Below, piece by piece: positions 8,424 to 17,278 of a stretch of DNA of 36,514 nt. This stretch comes from an uncultured Candidatus Saccharibacteria bacterium. GTDB taxonomy: Bacteria > Patescibacteriota > Minisyncoccia > Phycocordibacterales > UBA9973. Positions within the stretch are counted from its first letter, which is position 1, and each line of letters starts with the position of its first letter. The notes beneath the pieces were generated by a model, which ran no database searches, was not told where the DNA came from, and saw only the letters and a list, made by a program, of their open reading frames with translations. Made by a program: the position numbers and the translations under genes. The DNA lies in NCBI GenBank assembly GCA_964637995.1, contig CAZWXV010000005.1, positions 1 through 36,514 of the forward strand. Direction: 5' to 3'.

Positions 8424-10322
8424 ATGTCTTCTCTCGACGAAATCAGGCAGACGAGAATAAAAAAACTGGAAGCTTTAAAAAAAAGCGGCGTAAACCCGTA
8501 CCCGGCGGATTCCAAAAGGGAGCTCAGCCTCGGGGAAGCGGCGGCAAATTTTGACGCTCTGGAAAAATCCAAAGAAGAAAAATGGGTAGCCGGCAGAATA
8601 ATGTCCATTCGCGGGCAGGGCGCCATAATTTTCATAACTCTCTACGACGGCACGGGTTCCTTCCAGGGGCTCTTGAAGAAAGATGTTCTGGGCGAGGAAA
8701 AATTAAATTTCTGGAACGAAGTCACCGACATCGGCGATTTCGTGGAACTCCGCGGAACTTTTTTCAAAACCAACCGCGGCGAAAAAACTCTGGAAGCGCG
8801 CGACTGGCGGATGCTTTCCAAAAGCTTAAGGCCGCTGCCGGAGAAATGGCACGGGCTTGTCGATGTGGAAGAGCGGTACCGCAGGCGCTATCTCGACATC
8901 CTGATGAATCCGGAATTGCACGACCTGTTCATTAAAAAAGCCAGGTTTTGGGATGCGACACGCAGTTTCTTAAAAAAAGAAGGGTTTTTGGAGGTTGATA
9001 CTCCGACCATAGAAGTGACCACCGGCGGAGCGGAAGCACGTCCCTTTAAAACTCACCACAATGATTTTGATTTGGATGTTTTCATGCGTATATCGGTCGG
9101 GGAACTGTGGCAGAAAAGGCTCTTGGCCGCAGGTTTTCCCAGAGTATTTGAAATAGGCAGGGTGTACCGGAATGAAGGCTCAAGCCCGGAGCATACACAG
9201 GAATTCACGGGGATGGAATTCTATGCCGGCTATATGGATTACCGGCAAGGCATGGAATTTACGGAAAAAATGATTAAGGAAGTGGCGGAGGCAACCTTCG
9301 GCACTTTGCAATTTGAAACTCATGGCCACAGGGTAGACCTATCAGAGCCGTGGGAGAAAATTCCGTATGTTGATACGGTAAAAAAAATGATAGACATAGA
9401 TGTGCTCTCTGCGACGGAAAAAGAAATGATGAAAAAATTAGACGAACTCGGAGTGAAGTATGAAGGTGCGAACAAAGAACGTCTGACAGACTCGCTTTGG
9501 AAATACTGCCGGAAGCAGATAGTGGGGCCAGCCTGGCTCATCGATGTGCCGAAACTGGTTTCTCCGTTATCAAAAGCAAAACCGGAAAACCCTCTTCTGA
9601 CCGAGCGTGTCCAGCTCATACTTGCCGGTGCCGAGATGACCAATGGCTTTTCGGAGCTCAATGACCCCATTGACCAGAAAGAAAGATTTGACGTACAGAA
9701 AAAGCTCATTGAAGGCGGGGACGAAGAAGCCATGATGCCGGATGATGAATTTGTGGAAATGCTGGAACACGGCATGCCTCCCGCCTTCGGTTTCGCCTAC
9801 GGCGAGCGGCTCTTTACTTTTTTGGCGGACAAACCGCTCCGCGAGACCCAGCTCTTCCCTTTGATGAAGCCGGAAGGGCAGCGAGCCCCCGCGAAAAATA
9901 AAAAGACCATGATGGCGGTGGCCGTGCTCGCGAAAGATGCAAAAATGGAGCCGTGGCAGGAGCTCAATACCGTCGCCCACCTCACTGCCGCCTTCGGGGC
10001 GCGTGTGGGCAGAGGGGACTTGTTTACGCGGGATACTATTGCGACCAAGGACGACAAGAGGATAAAACTCAATATTAAAAATGCCATCATGATAAAAACA
10101 GCTTCTTCAGGAAAAGAGTTAAAAGAACTTCTCTCAAAAGCTAAAGAAGAAAAACTTGAGGTGGATGAATTTACCCGGGAGATGATAGAGACCACCAGTG
10201 ATAAAAAAGTCGTGGAAATCACGGCCTCCAAAAATTTCGAGGAGATAGAATATTTGGGCGTCCTCGTTTACGGTCCGAAAGATGCGGTAGAAAAACTGAC
10301 GGGGGATTTTAAATTATATTAA
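8424..10322 (+). CDS. lysS: lysine--tRNA ligase (class II) with C-terminal DUF2000-like extension
   Basis: OB-fold N-terminus, RYRRRYLD, GGAEARPF, YRNEG, HGMPP-x-G; extra ~140 aa after LFPLMKP. Confidence 0.96.
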   Translation: MSSLDEIRQTRIKKLEALKKSGVNPYPADSKRELSLGEAAANFDALEKSKEEKWVAGRIMSIRGQGAIIFITLYDGTGSFQGLLKKDVLGEEKLNFWNEVTDIGDFVELRGTFFKTNRGEKTLEARDWRMLSKSLRPLPEKWHGLVDVEERYRRRYLDILMNPELHDLFIKKARFWDATRSFLKKEGFLEVDTPTIEVTTGGAEARPFKTHHNDFDLDVFMRISVGELWQKRLLAAGFPRVFEIGRVYRNEGSSPEHTQEFTGMEFYAGYMDYRQGMEFTEKMIKEVAEATFGTLQFETHGHRVDLSEPWEKIPYVDTVKKMIDIDVLSATEKEMMKKLDELGVKYEGANKERLTDSLWKYCRKQIVGPAWLIDVPKLVSPLSKAKPENPLLTERVQLILAGAEMTNGFSELNDPIDQKERFDVQKKLIEGGDEEAMMPDDEFVEMLEHGMPPAFGFAYGERLFTFLADKPLRETQLFPLMKPEGQRAPAKNKKTMMAVAVLAKDAKMEPWQELNTVAHLTAAFGARVGRGDLFTRDTIATKDDKRIKLNIKNAIMIKTASSGKELKELLSKAKEEKLEVDEFTREMIETTSDKKVVEITASKNFEEIEYLGVLVYGPKDAVEKLTGDFKLY

Positions 10323-10471
10323 AATTTGCCTATAAATAACGATTGCCTCAAGAGCGGTGAGGCATCGTTGAGGCAACGTGAGGCGGTGTGAACACGCCTG
10401 ATAAGAAAAGAACTTTGGAGGAGGTGCCCTCCTCCAGCGCGGGTGCGCCGGAGGAGGGCAGGGCCACACAG

Positions 10472-10702
10472 CTAGGTGACTTTGCCGTGGAGCCCGACCG
10501 CCAGCAGCTTGCCGAGGACTTCCGTCTCCTCGCCCTCAATCACGAGAACGAACGAGAATTGTTTCCAGGGCCCCGCGACGTCAATCTGCTGGCCGAAGAG
10601 CTTGGAAAGTTTCTTCGAAAGCTCATCGGGGTTGCCGGTCTCAGACTTCGGGCTGAGAATAGCAACCAGTATCACTTCGTCTAGCATCTCTAAGTCGTCC
10701 AT
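10472..10702 (-). CDS. small hypothetical protein (76 aa)
   Basis: ATG at 10702 with AGGAGG SD (10709-14) and a near-consensus promoter; GC hairpin after the stop. Confidence 0.65.
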   Translation of the reverse strand: MDDLEMLDEVILVAILSPKSETGNPDELSKKLSKLFGQQIDVAGPWKQFSFVLVIEGEETEVLGKLLAVGLHGKVT

Positions 10703-10722
10703 GCACGACCTCCTATAATGGC

Positions 10723-10751
10723 AGTATAGCACATTTTGAGTATAAAGTCAA
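10723..10751 (-). promoter_or_regulatory. sigma70 promoter
   Basis: Minus strand TTGACT-17 nt-TATACT with extended TG. Confidence 0.75.
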
Positions 10752-10768
10752 GCAGAATCGAGCAAATC

Positions 10769-10794
10769 AAAAAACGCCCGAGAGGGCGCTTTTT
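10769..10794 (-). terminator. intrinsic terminator (possibly bidirectional)
   Basis: AAAAAA-CGCCC-GAGA-GGGCG-CTTTTT just after the stop of the 10802-11263 ORF. Confidence 0.75.
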
Positions 10795-10801
10795 CGTGAG
10801 T

Positions 10802-11263
10802 TTATTTATTGTCTAGTTTAAAATCCACATCGCTTGTGACAGCGGGTTCTTCTTCTGAATGCTTTAGAGTTTCTCCGGTAGTATCTAATTCAAAATCTCT
10901 GCCAGCCTTGGCTGGTGGAGCATTGTCGTTTTCATAGCTATTGCTATTTTCGCTATCATCGCCAGGCAAGCCAAAACGATCTATAAGGAGTTTTACGAGC
11001 TTGGAATTTTCTTTTGGTGGAGCCCAGTCGTTTTTGCTTCGATTGGTCCAACTTACTCCACCTGAAGCAGGGGCAAGGGTCTGCCACTTATCTCTATAAG
11101 TAGTAAGTATCTCTCGTATATCTACGTTCGGGCTTAAGCCCAATATGCCGATAATTCTTTCTTTGGTTCTTTGCGAAATTACAGGCAGAGCGACGAACTC
11201 GGGACCGGGAAGGGTTTCCGGTCCGTCTTCTCTTCTGATCGGAATATGCTCGGCAGTACTCAT
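10802..11263 (-). CDS. hypothetical protein (153 aa, acidic disordered C-terminus)
   Basis: ORF with CATAAT 6 nt before ATG and a downstream terminator. Confidence 0.65.
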   Translation of the reverse strand: MSTAEHIPIRREDGPETLPGPEFVALPVISQRTKERIIGILGLSPNVDIREILTTYRDKWQTLAPASGGVSWTNRSKNDWAPPKENSKLVKLLIDRFGLPGDDSENSNSYENDNAPPAKAGRDFELDTTGETLKHSEEEPAVTSDVDFKLDNK

Positions 11264-11321
11264 GCTTTAATTATGTCACTTTGTTATAAATTGGCAAGCT
11301 CCGGCGGGGGGGGGGAGGGAG

Positions 11322-11330
11322 TTATCCACA
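11322..11330 (+). promoter_or_regulatory. perfect DnaA box
   Basis: TTATCCACA just upstream of the mraZ promoter. Confidence 0.55.
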
Positions 11331-11339
11331 GGGGAGGGT

Positions 11340-11402
11340 TTGCCTTGTTTTGGGGTTGGTTTATAATGCTAATGAAGTGGGAAAAAGTGGGAAATCTGTG
11401 GA
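11340..11402 (+). promoter_or_regulatory. mraZ promoter and MraZ-binding repeats
   Basis: TTGCCT...TATAAT (11362-67); GTGGG/GTGGG/GTGGA at 11377, 11387 and 11398, ~10-bp period as known for MraZ operators. Confidence 0.8.
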
Positions 11403-11424
11403 AAACGTATTTTAATCAAAAACC

Positions 11425-11865
11425 ATGCTTATCGGCGAGTACATTCACACAATAGATGAAAAGAACCGGGTTTCTATGCCGGCGAAATTTCGGAAAGAAC
11501 TCGGGAAGAAAATCATTATTACGCCGGGGCTGGGGCAATGCCTGTTCATCTTCACGACTGCTGAGTGGGCGAAAGTGAGCAAGAAACTTTCCGACTCGGA
11601 TTCCAACCTGTCTTTTCTCAAGGCCGACCAGCGAAGTTTCAACCGATATATGTTCGGACGCGCGGCGGAGGTGGAGCTCGATTCGATTGGACGGATGCTC
11701 ATTCCGGAATTTCTGCAAGCAGGTATCCGGCTTCGGGACAAAGCGGCGATTATCGGAGTTAAAGACAGGGTTGAGATTTGGAACGAAAAAGCATGGAGCG
11801 AACAGAAAGATAAAGTGGCCAAAGAAGCGGAGCAATTGGCGGAGAAGCTCGGAACAGGTTCGTAA
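11425..11865 (+). CDS. mraZ: transcriptional regulator MraZ
   Basis: GEYIHTIDEKNR, DSIGR-x-LIP, RVEIW; precedes rsmH. Confidence 0.97.
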   Translation: MLIGEYIHTIDEKNRVSMPAKFRKELGKKIIITPGLGQCLFIFTTAEWAKVSKKLSDSDSNLSFLKADQRSFNRYMFGRAAEVELDSIGRMLIPEFLQAGIRLRDKAAIIGVKDRVEIWNEKAWSEQKDKVAKEAEQLAEKLGTGS

Positions 11866-11872
11866 AAAGATA

Positions 11873-12766
11873 ATGCCAAGCAAACACCTGCCAGTTCTTT
11901 TAAAGGAAACAATAGAGGGTTTAAATTTAGGACCGAAGGCAGTGGTTGTAGATTGCACATTTGGCGGCGGAGGGCATAGCATGGAGATTTGTAAAAGATT
12001 TCCAAATACAAAAATAATTGCCCTCGACCAAGACAAAAGTGTTTTTGAAAAAGCCCAAAGTAAGTTCAAAGATTTGAATTGCAATATAACTTTCGTCAAC
12101 GCGAACTTCAGGGATTTAAATAAAGTTGTAAAAGATGAAGTTAATGCAATTATTTTTGATTTAGGCTTGAGTTCCGACCAACTGGAGAATTCCGAACGGG
12201 GATTTTCTTTCATCCGACGTGAGCCGCTTCTCATGACGATGAAGGAAAATCCCTCTCCGGAAGACCTGACGGCATATGATGTCGTCAATACTTGGGAGGA
12301 GAAAAGTTTGGCCGATATTATCTACGGCTACGGTGAAGAAAAGCTAAGCCGCAAGATTGCTAAAGCAATCGTGGAAGCGAGAGAGAAGGCGGACATCAAG
12401 ACCACGTTTGATTTAGTGGCAATAATAGAAGGTGCAGTAGGCAGGGCATATAAAAAACAAAAATTGCACTGTGCTACCCGAACTTTCCAAGCTCTGCGCA
12501 TCGCAGTGAATGACGAGCTCGGGGCGCTAAAGGCAGGCCTCTGGGCCGGGTTCGAAAAGTTGAAACCGGGCGGCAGGATGGCGGTTATATCTTTCCACAG
12601 TCTGGAGGACAGGATAGTGAAGAATTTTTATAAAGAAAAAAAGGCGGAGGGCGGGGCGGTGCTTATTAACAAAAAACCGATAACGCCCGGCGAGGCCGAA
12701 ATAAAAGAAAATCCGCGGTCCCGGAGCGCAAAATTAAGAATTTTAGAAAAACAACAAAAACAATGA
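11873..12766 (+). CDS. rsmH: 16S rRNA m4C1402 methyltransferase RsmH
   Basis: HLPVLLKE, DCTFGGGGHS, DLGLSS, TFQALRIAVNDEL, ISFHSLEDR, NPRSRSAKLR; start taken at ATG 11873. Confidence 0.97.
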   Translation: MPSKHLPVLLKETIEGLNLGPKAVVVDCTFGGGGHSMEICKRFPNTKIIALDQDKSVFEKAQSKFKDLNCNITFVNANFRDLNKVVKDEVNAIIFDLGLSSDQLENSERGFSFIRREPLLMTMKENPSPEDLTAYDVVNTWEEKSLADIIYGYGEEKLSRKIAKAIVEAREKADIKTTFDLVAIIEGAVGRAYKKQKLHCATRTFQALRIAVNDELGALKAGLWAGFEKLKPGGRMAVISFHSLEDRIVKNFYKEKKAEGGAVLINKKPITPGEAEIKENPRSRSAKLRILEKQQKQ

Positions 12767-13122
12767 GAGAAGCGAGCTTAAAACTTTACAGGGGAATGCA
12801 AAACGTCAATATTATGAACAATAATGTTGATATGCCGCGGGCTGTTCTCCGGGCCATGCTTTCCACGCTCGGGCTGCTCTGCCTGACCTATGCGCTTCTT
12901 TTGGGGTTCATGGTCTGGAACATTGTAGAAAGGAAAAATCTGGAAAAAGAGGCTCAGGCCTTGTCTGCCCTAGTTGGTGACCTGGAACTCGAATATTTGT
13001 CGGTATCCGGCTCGATTGATATGGAACTTTCACGCTCTATGGGCTTTGAGGAAGCGCGCGCCAGTTTCGCGCCGCGCGAGAAAGCTCTCGGAAGCCTCGA
13101 GCTTTCTCGCAATGAAATCTAG
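12763..13122 (+). CDS. single-TM coiled-coil protein, positional FtsL-like
   Basis: TM followed by heptad segment; lies between rsmH and ftsI; ATGA overlap. Confidence 0.65.
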   Translation: MREASLKLYRGMQNVNIMNNNVDMPRAVLRAMLSTLGLLCLTYALLLGFMVWNIVERKNLEKEAQALSALVGDLELEYLSVSGSIDMELSRSMGFEEARASFAPREKALGSLELSRNEI

Positions 13123-14815
13123 TTTTTTGCTTCGCTCGAGGGTGGTCGCTTTTTTACTGATATTGTTTTCCGCGGCAGTGGTGACCCGGCTTTTTTGGGT
13201 GCAGGTAGTCCATGGCGATTATTATTCCGGAGAGGCGGACCGCCAGTATGTTACCCCCTCCCAGAACGTTTATGAGCGCGGCACGGTCTACTGGCAGCGC
13301 AAGGACGGTGAACTCATTTCCGCCGCCGCGCAGATATCCGGCTTCAAGCTTACGATCAATCCCATGAAAATTACCGATGCGGCCGAAGTTTATAAAAAAG
13401 TTAACGCGATAATTCCGATGTCCCGCGAAGATTTCTTGTCGAAGGCCTCAAAAGAGAATGACCCTTATGAAGAAGTTGCCCAGCGTTTAACCCGCGAAAC
13501 CGTGGATGCTGTCTCCGCGCTAAAAATCCCCGGGTTGAGCGTTTTCAAAGAAAAGTGGCGTTCTTATCCCGGAGGCGACCTGGCGGCGCACACCCTGGGT
13601 TTCGTGGGTTACAAGGGCGACGAACTCGGCGGGCGCTACGGCTTGGAGCGGCAGTACGACCGGGAGTTGTCCCGGGGCGCAAATGAACCGTACGTGAACT
13701 TTTTCGCGGAAGTATTTTCCAATATTCAAAAAAGTTTCAGGGAAGAAGATAAAGAAGGGGATATAGTGACTACCATCGAGCCCAAAGTGCAGAGCTTACT
13801 CCAAGGCAAACTGGAGGAGGTGAAAGAAAAATATTCGGTGGATCTCGTTGGCGGCATCATAATGGATCCGCGCGACGGTTCCATTTACGCGCTGGCAGCC
13901 CTGCCCGCTTTTGACCCTAATAAATTTTCCGTTGCCGCAAACAATCAGATCTTTTCCAATCCGCTGGTGGAAAACGTGTTCGAGTTCGGCTCCGTGGTCA
14001 AGCCGCTGGTCATGGCCGCGGCGCTGGACACCGGCGCGGTAACGGCCAAGACCACCTATACCGACAGCGGCTCGGTAAAAGTCGAGAAGAAAGAAATATT
14101 CAATTTTGACAAGAAGGGGCGGGGTCCTGGCACGACCATGCAGGATGTCTTAAACCAGTCGCTCAACACCGGTATGGTCTTCGTCGAACAAAAACTGGGC
14201 AAACAAAAAATGCGGGAATATCTCCTGGGATACGGCATCAAAGAGAAGACCGGCATCGACCTGCCCAACGAAACTTCGGGCCTGGTTTCCGGAATTTTGA
14301 ATAGTCCGCGCGAGATTGAATATGCCAACGCTGCCTTCGGGCAGGGCATAGCGCTTACTCCGGTGGGGCTCGCCCGCGCGCTCGCCTCTCTCGGGAACGG
14401 CGGCAATCTAGTAACGCCCCACGTTGTGGAAGAAATAAAATATACGGATGGGGGATTCAAAAAAATGATTTACCCCACGGTGCCCACGAAGATAACCCCC
14501 CAAACCTCGGATGAAATCACCCGCATGCTGGTCACGGTAATGGATAAAGGTATTGGCAAGCCCCTGGAACATTTTAGTGTCGCCGCAAAAACAGGCACCG
14601 CTCAAGTTGCGGACAGCGAGAACGGCGGTTATTATACAGACAGGCATACGCATTCTTTTTTCGGTTATTTTCCGGCATACGACCCCGAGTTCATTGTCTT
14701 TTTATATGCCATCAATCCCAAGGGTGTTCAGTATGCCGCGACCACTTGGTCCGACCCGTTCGTGGATATCACCAAGTTTCTCTTGAATTATTATAGTATT
14801 CCGCCGGACCGTTAG
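13112..14815 (+). CDS. ftsI: class B penicillin-binding protein (FtsI/PBP2 family)
   Basis: N-terminal TM; SVVK (SxxK), SLN (SxN) and KTGTAQ motifs; start taken at ATG 13112. Confidence 0.92.
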   Translation: MKSSFLLRSRVVAFLLILFSAAVVTRLFWVQVVHGDYYSGEADRQYVTPSQNVYERGTVYWQRKDGELISAAAQISGFKLTINPMKITDAAEVYKKVNAIIPMSREDFLSKASKENDPYEEVAQRLTRETVDAVSALKIPGLSVFKEKWRSYPGGDLAAHTLGFVGYKGDELGGRYGLERQYDRELSRGANEPYVNFFAEVFSNIQKSFREEDKEGDIVTTIEPKVQSLLQGKLEEVKEKYSVDLVGGIIMDPRDGSIYALAALPAFDPNKFSVAANNQIFSNPLVENVFEFGSVVKPLVMAAALDTGAVTAKTTYTDSGSVKVEKKEIFNFDKKGRGPGTTMQDVLNQSLNTGMVFVEQKLGKQKMREYLLGYGIKEKTGIDLPNETSGLVSGILNSPREIEYANAAFGQGIALTPVGLARALASLGNGGNLVTPHVVEEIKYTDGGFKKMIYPTVPTKITPQTSDEITRMLVTVMDKGIGKPLEHFSVAAKTGTAQVADSENGGYYTDRHTHSFFGYFPAYDPEFIVFLYAINPKGVQYAATTWSDPFVDITKFLLNYYSIPPDR

Positions 14816-14816
14816 T

Positions 14817-14863
14817 GCCCCCAAGTCGGACTTGTGGGTTTCCCACAAGTCCGACTTGGGGGC
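14817..14863. repeat. 47-bp nested palindromic element, intergenic copy
   Basis: Perfect 22-bp inverted repeat GCCCCCAAGTCGGACTTGTGGG-TTT-CCCACAAGTCCGACTTGGGGGC. Confidence 0.9.
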
Positions 14864-14873
14864 GACAAATCAA

Positions 14874-16178
14874 ATGAAAAATATTTTAAAACAAATTCTC
14901 GCTTATATTTTAAAAACCGAGTCCCGGCTTGTGCTTTGGAAATACCAGCCGCGAGTTATTGTCATTACCGGCTCGGTCGGGAAGACCTCGACCAAAGACG
15001 CGGTCTATGCCGTGCTATCCGCTCTTTCCTACGTGCGCAAAAGCGAAAAAAGTTTTAATTCCGAGATAGGGCTGCCGCTCTCCGTGCTCGGGATTCCGAA
15101 CGGCTGGAGCAACCCTCTCGTTTGGACCTCAAATATTTTGCGGGGGCTCTGGCTTTTCATCTGGCCCCATAAGTATCCGAAGTGGCTCGTGCTGGAAGCG
15201 GGCGTGGGCAAGCCGGGGGACATGAGAAAAACCGCCGCCTGGCTTAGGGCGGATGCGGTCATCGTTACCGCTATCAGCGAAACTCCCGTGCATATAGAAT
15301 TTTTCGATTCCCGTGAGCATCTGATAGAAGAGAAATCAGCGCTCATCCGGACGCTCAAGCCCGGCGGTCTCTTGGTACTCAACCACGACGACGAAGCGGT
15401 TCGGAAGATGAAGGAAAAAACCAAGTGCCGGAGCATCGCCTTCGGCTTCTCCGAAGGTGCGGACATCCGCGGTTCCGGCGACAATATTTCCTACAATGAA
15501 AAGAATGAGCCGGAGGGCGTCATATTCCGGGTAGATGCGGAAGGCAAAAGTCTGCCGGTGGTAATAGACGGTGTTTTTGGCAGGAATCATATTTATGCTT
15601 CGCTTGCGGCGCTAGCGCTCGCCTCCGGATTCAAGTGGAATCTCTTGTCCGCCGCAGATTCTCTCCGGGATTACGATGTGCCGCCCGGACGCATGCGCCT
15701 GGTTAAGGGAATAAAAAAGTCCCTTATAATAGATGATACATACAATTCTTCGCCCGTGGCCTGCGAGGGAGCCCTTAAGACACTCGGGGAAATAAAATGC
15801 AGGGTCGAGGGCTGCCGGAAGATCGCTGTCCTGGGAGACATGCTCGAGCTCGGCAAGCACACTATCGAGGCGCATAAAAATATCGGGCGGCTCACAAAAG
15901 AAAACGCAGAAGCGGTGATAGTTGTGGGGCAGAGGGCAAAAAACATAGCGGAAGGCGCGCGGGAAGCGGGCATGCGCGCGGATTCCATTTTCGAGTGCGT
16001 TGATTCGCGCGGGGCGGGAGAATTCCTCAAAACTTTTGTGCAAAAAAACGACATCGTGCTCATCAAAGGCTCGCAGGGCATGCGCATGGAGCGCGCGGTG
16101 GAACAGATAATGCTGGAACAGGACAGCAAAGAAAAACTTCTGGTCCGGCAGGATCCCGAATGGCGCGCCAAGGAATAA
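14874..16178 (+). CDS. murF: UDP-MurNAc-tripeptide--D-Ala-D-Ala ligase MurF
   Basis: ITGSVGKTSTK, NSEIGLP, IDDTYNSSP, LGDMLELG, LIKGSQG; start taken at ATG 14874. Confidence 0.95.
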   Translation: MKNILKQILAYILKTESRLVLWKYQPRVIVITGSVGKTSTKDAVYAVLSALSYVRKSEKSFNSEIGLPLSVLGIPNGWSNPLVWTSNILRGLWLFIWPHKYPKWLVLEAGVGKPGDMRKTAAWLRADAVIVTAISETPVHIEFFDSREHLIEEKSALIRTLKPGGLLVLNHDDEAVRKMKEKTKCRSIAFGFSEGADIRGSGDNISYNEKNEPEGVIFRVDAEGKSLPVVIDGVFGRNHIYASLAALALASGFKWNLLSAADSLRDYDVPPGRMRLVKGIKKSLIIDDTYNSSPVACEGALKTLGEIKCRVEGCRKIAVLGDMLELGKHTIEAHKNIGRLTKENAEAVIVVGQRAKNIAEGAREAGMRADSIFECVDSRGAGEFLKTFVQKNDIVLIKGSQGMRMERAVEQIMLEQDSKEKLLVRQDPEWRAKE

Positions 16179-16187
16179 ATCACTCGG

Positions 16188-16544
16188 ATGAAAGATTTAA
16201 CTCCGGAAGAAAAAAGAGTAATTATTGACAAGGGGACAGAAGCGCCGTTTATGGGCGAGTACGTGAACAATAAAGAGACCGGCGTGTATGTGTGCCGCCA
16301 ATGCGAGGCCCCGCTTTATAATTCGAAGGACAAATTTGAATCGCACTGCGGTTGGCCTTCCTTTGATGACGAGATACCGGGGGCGATAAAGAAAACTTTG
16401 GACGCGGACGGAGCGCGCACCGAGATAACCTGTGCCAAATGCGGCGGCCACCTAGGGCATCTTTTTACCGGCGAAGGATTTACAAAAAAAAATTTGCGGC
16501 ACTGTGTCAATTCCATATCCATGAAATTCGTGCCCGGGAAATAG
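16188..16544 (+). CDS. msrB: peptide-methionine (R)-S-oxide reductase MsrB
   Basis: GTEAPF, CxxC pairs, CGWPSF, GHLGHLF, RHCVNS. Confidence 0.97.
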   Translation: MKDLTPEEKRVIIDKGTEAPFMGEYVNNKETGVYVCRQCEAPLYNSKDKFESHCGWPSFDDEIPGAIKKTLDADGARTEITCAKCGGHLGHLFTGEGFTKKNLRHCVNSISMKFVPGK

Positions 16545-16646
16545 CATTATTGTTCTACAGCTATCTCTAACAGAAACATAGGGGCGTATTGCCCCTAGAC
16601 ACTTTTTTGATAAGTAGTATAACTAAATGGAACAAGGAGGTGTTCC

Positions 16647-16871
16647 ATGAGATGCTCTTGGTGCCGCGGTTTTTTCTTCGCGGATGACATTATGGTCAAC
16701 TGCGACGGCCAGTGGTTCCATGCCCGGAAAGGCATGGGCTGTAGCTGTTTTTGCCTGTACAGGCAGGCAAAATACGCCCCCGACCCGTGTGTGGGGTGCA
16801 CGGCCCGGATGCTTGTCTGCGACAAGCCCCACAGCCTCCCAGCACTCCCCAACACCACCCGGATTTGCTAG
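16647..16871 (+). CDS. small Cys-rich putative zinc-binding protein (74 aa)
   Basis: AAGGAGGT SD before ATG; TAGACA...TATAAC promoter-like upstream; CxxC...H...CxC...CxxC. Confidence 0.6.
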   Translation: MRCSWCRGFFFADDIMVNCDGQWFHARKGMGCSCFCLYRQAKYAPDPCVGCTARMLVCDKPHSLPALPNTTRIC

Positions 16872-16930
16872 TTACCGGATAAAAACTAGCACCATTTTAC
16901 ACTAATAAGTTTATACCCGGAACAATCGCG

Positions 16931-17254
16931 CTAGTGGCCTTCGTTCGCAGACTTTAAGTGAATGTAAACCCGGCGATAATTGCGCTTCTCTACCTTTTGC
17001 CCATTTTCATCCACATCCAAATGGTATATATCGCAGATACGCCCGTCTAAATTTATATTGCTCAGTACCAGATTGTAGCCGGATGCCGCTGCCGGGGCCG
17101 CATTTCCGGTTATTACGTCATTGAAGGGAGGTAATATCTTCTCCGCGCCTATTTTTCTCAGTGCATCAACCCAAGGCTTAACCCCAAATAAAAAGATTTC
17201 TTCTGTAGGCTCTGTAGGCGGTTTGTTTGGTTGTGGCGTCGCTCTTTCCAACAT
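16931..17254 (-). CDS. hypothetical protein (107 aa)
   Basis: ORF with TG-n-TATAAT 6 nt before ATG, downstream of the tRNA-Glu element. Confidence 0.65.
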   Translation of the reverse strand: MLERATPQPNKPPTEPTEEIFLFGVKPWVDALRKIGAEKILPPFNDVITGNAAPAAASGYNLVLSNINLDGRICDIYHLDVDENGQKVEKRNYRRVYIHLKSANEGH

Positions 17255-17278
17255 GTTCAGATTATAACACAGATTTTA

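Noticed and set aside
10388-10684. 98-aa plus-strand ORF
   Set aside because: The opposite-strand ORF has a near-consensus promoter and AGGAGG SD; this one has only a GTG start with weaker support. Not fully excluded
11300-11340. Possible oriC
   Set aside because: Only one DnaA box, no box cluster, AT-rich unwinding element or dnaA/dnaN nearby
11416-12288. 290-aa minus-strand ORF
   Set aside because: Shadow of mraZ and rsmH
14817-14863. Palindrome as a CRISPR repeat or terminator
   Set aside because: No repeat-spacer array or cas genes; no U-tract, and it lies within an operon
11687-14873. N-terminal extensions of rsmH (11687), ftsI (12974) and murF (14832) in the ORF track
   Set aside because: They overlap upstream genes or the palindrome; family similarity starts at ATG 11873, 13112 and 14874
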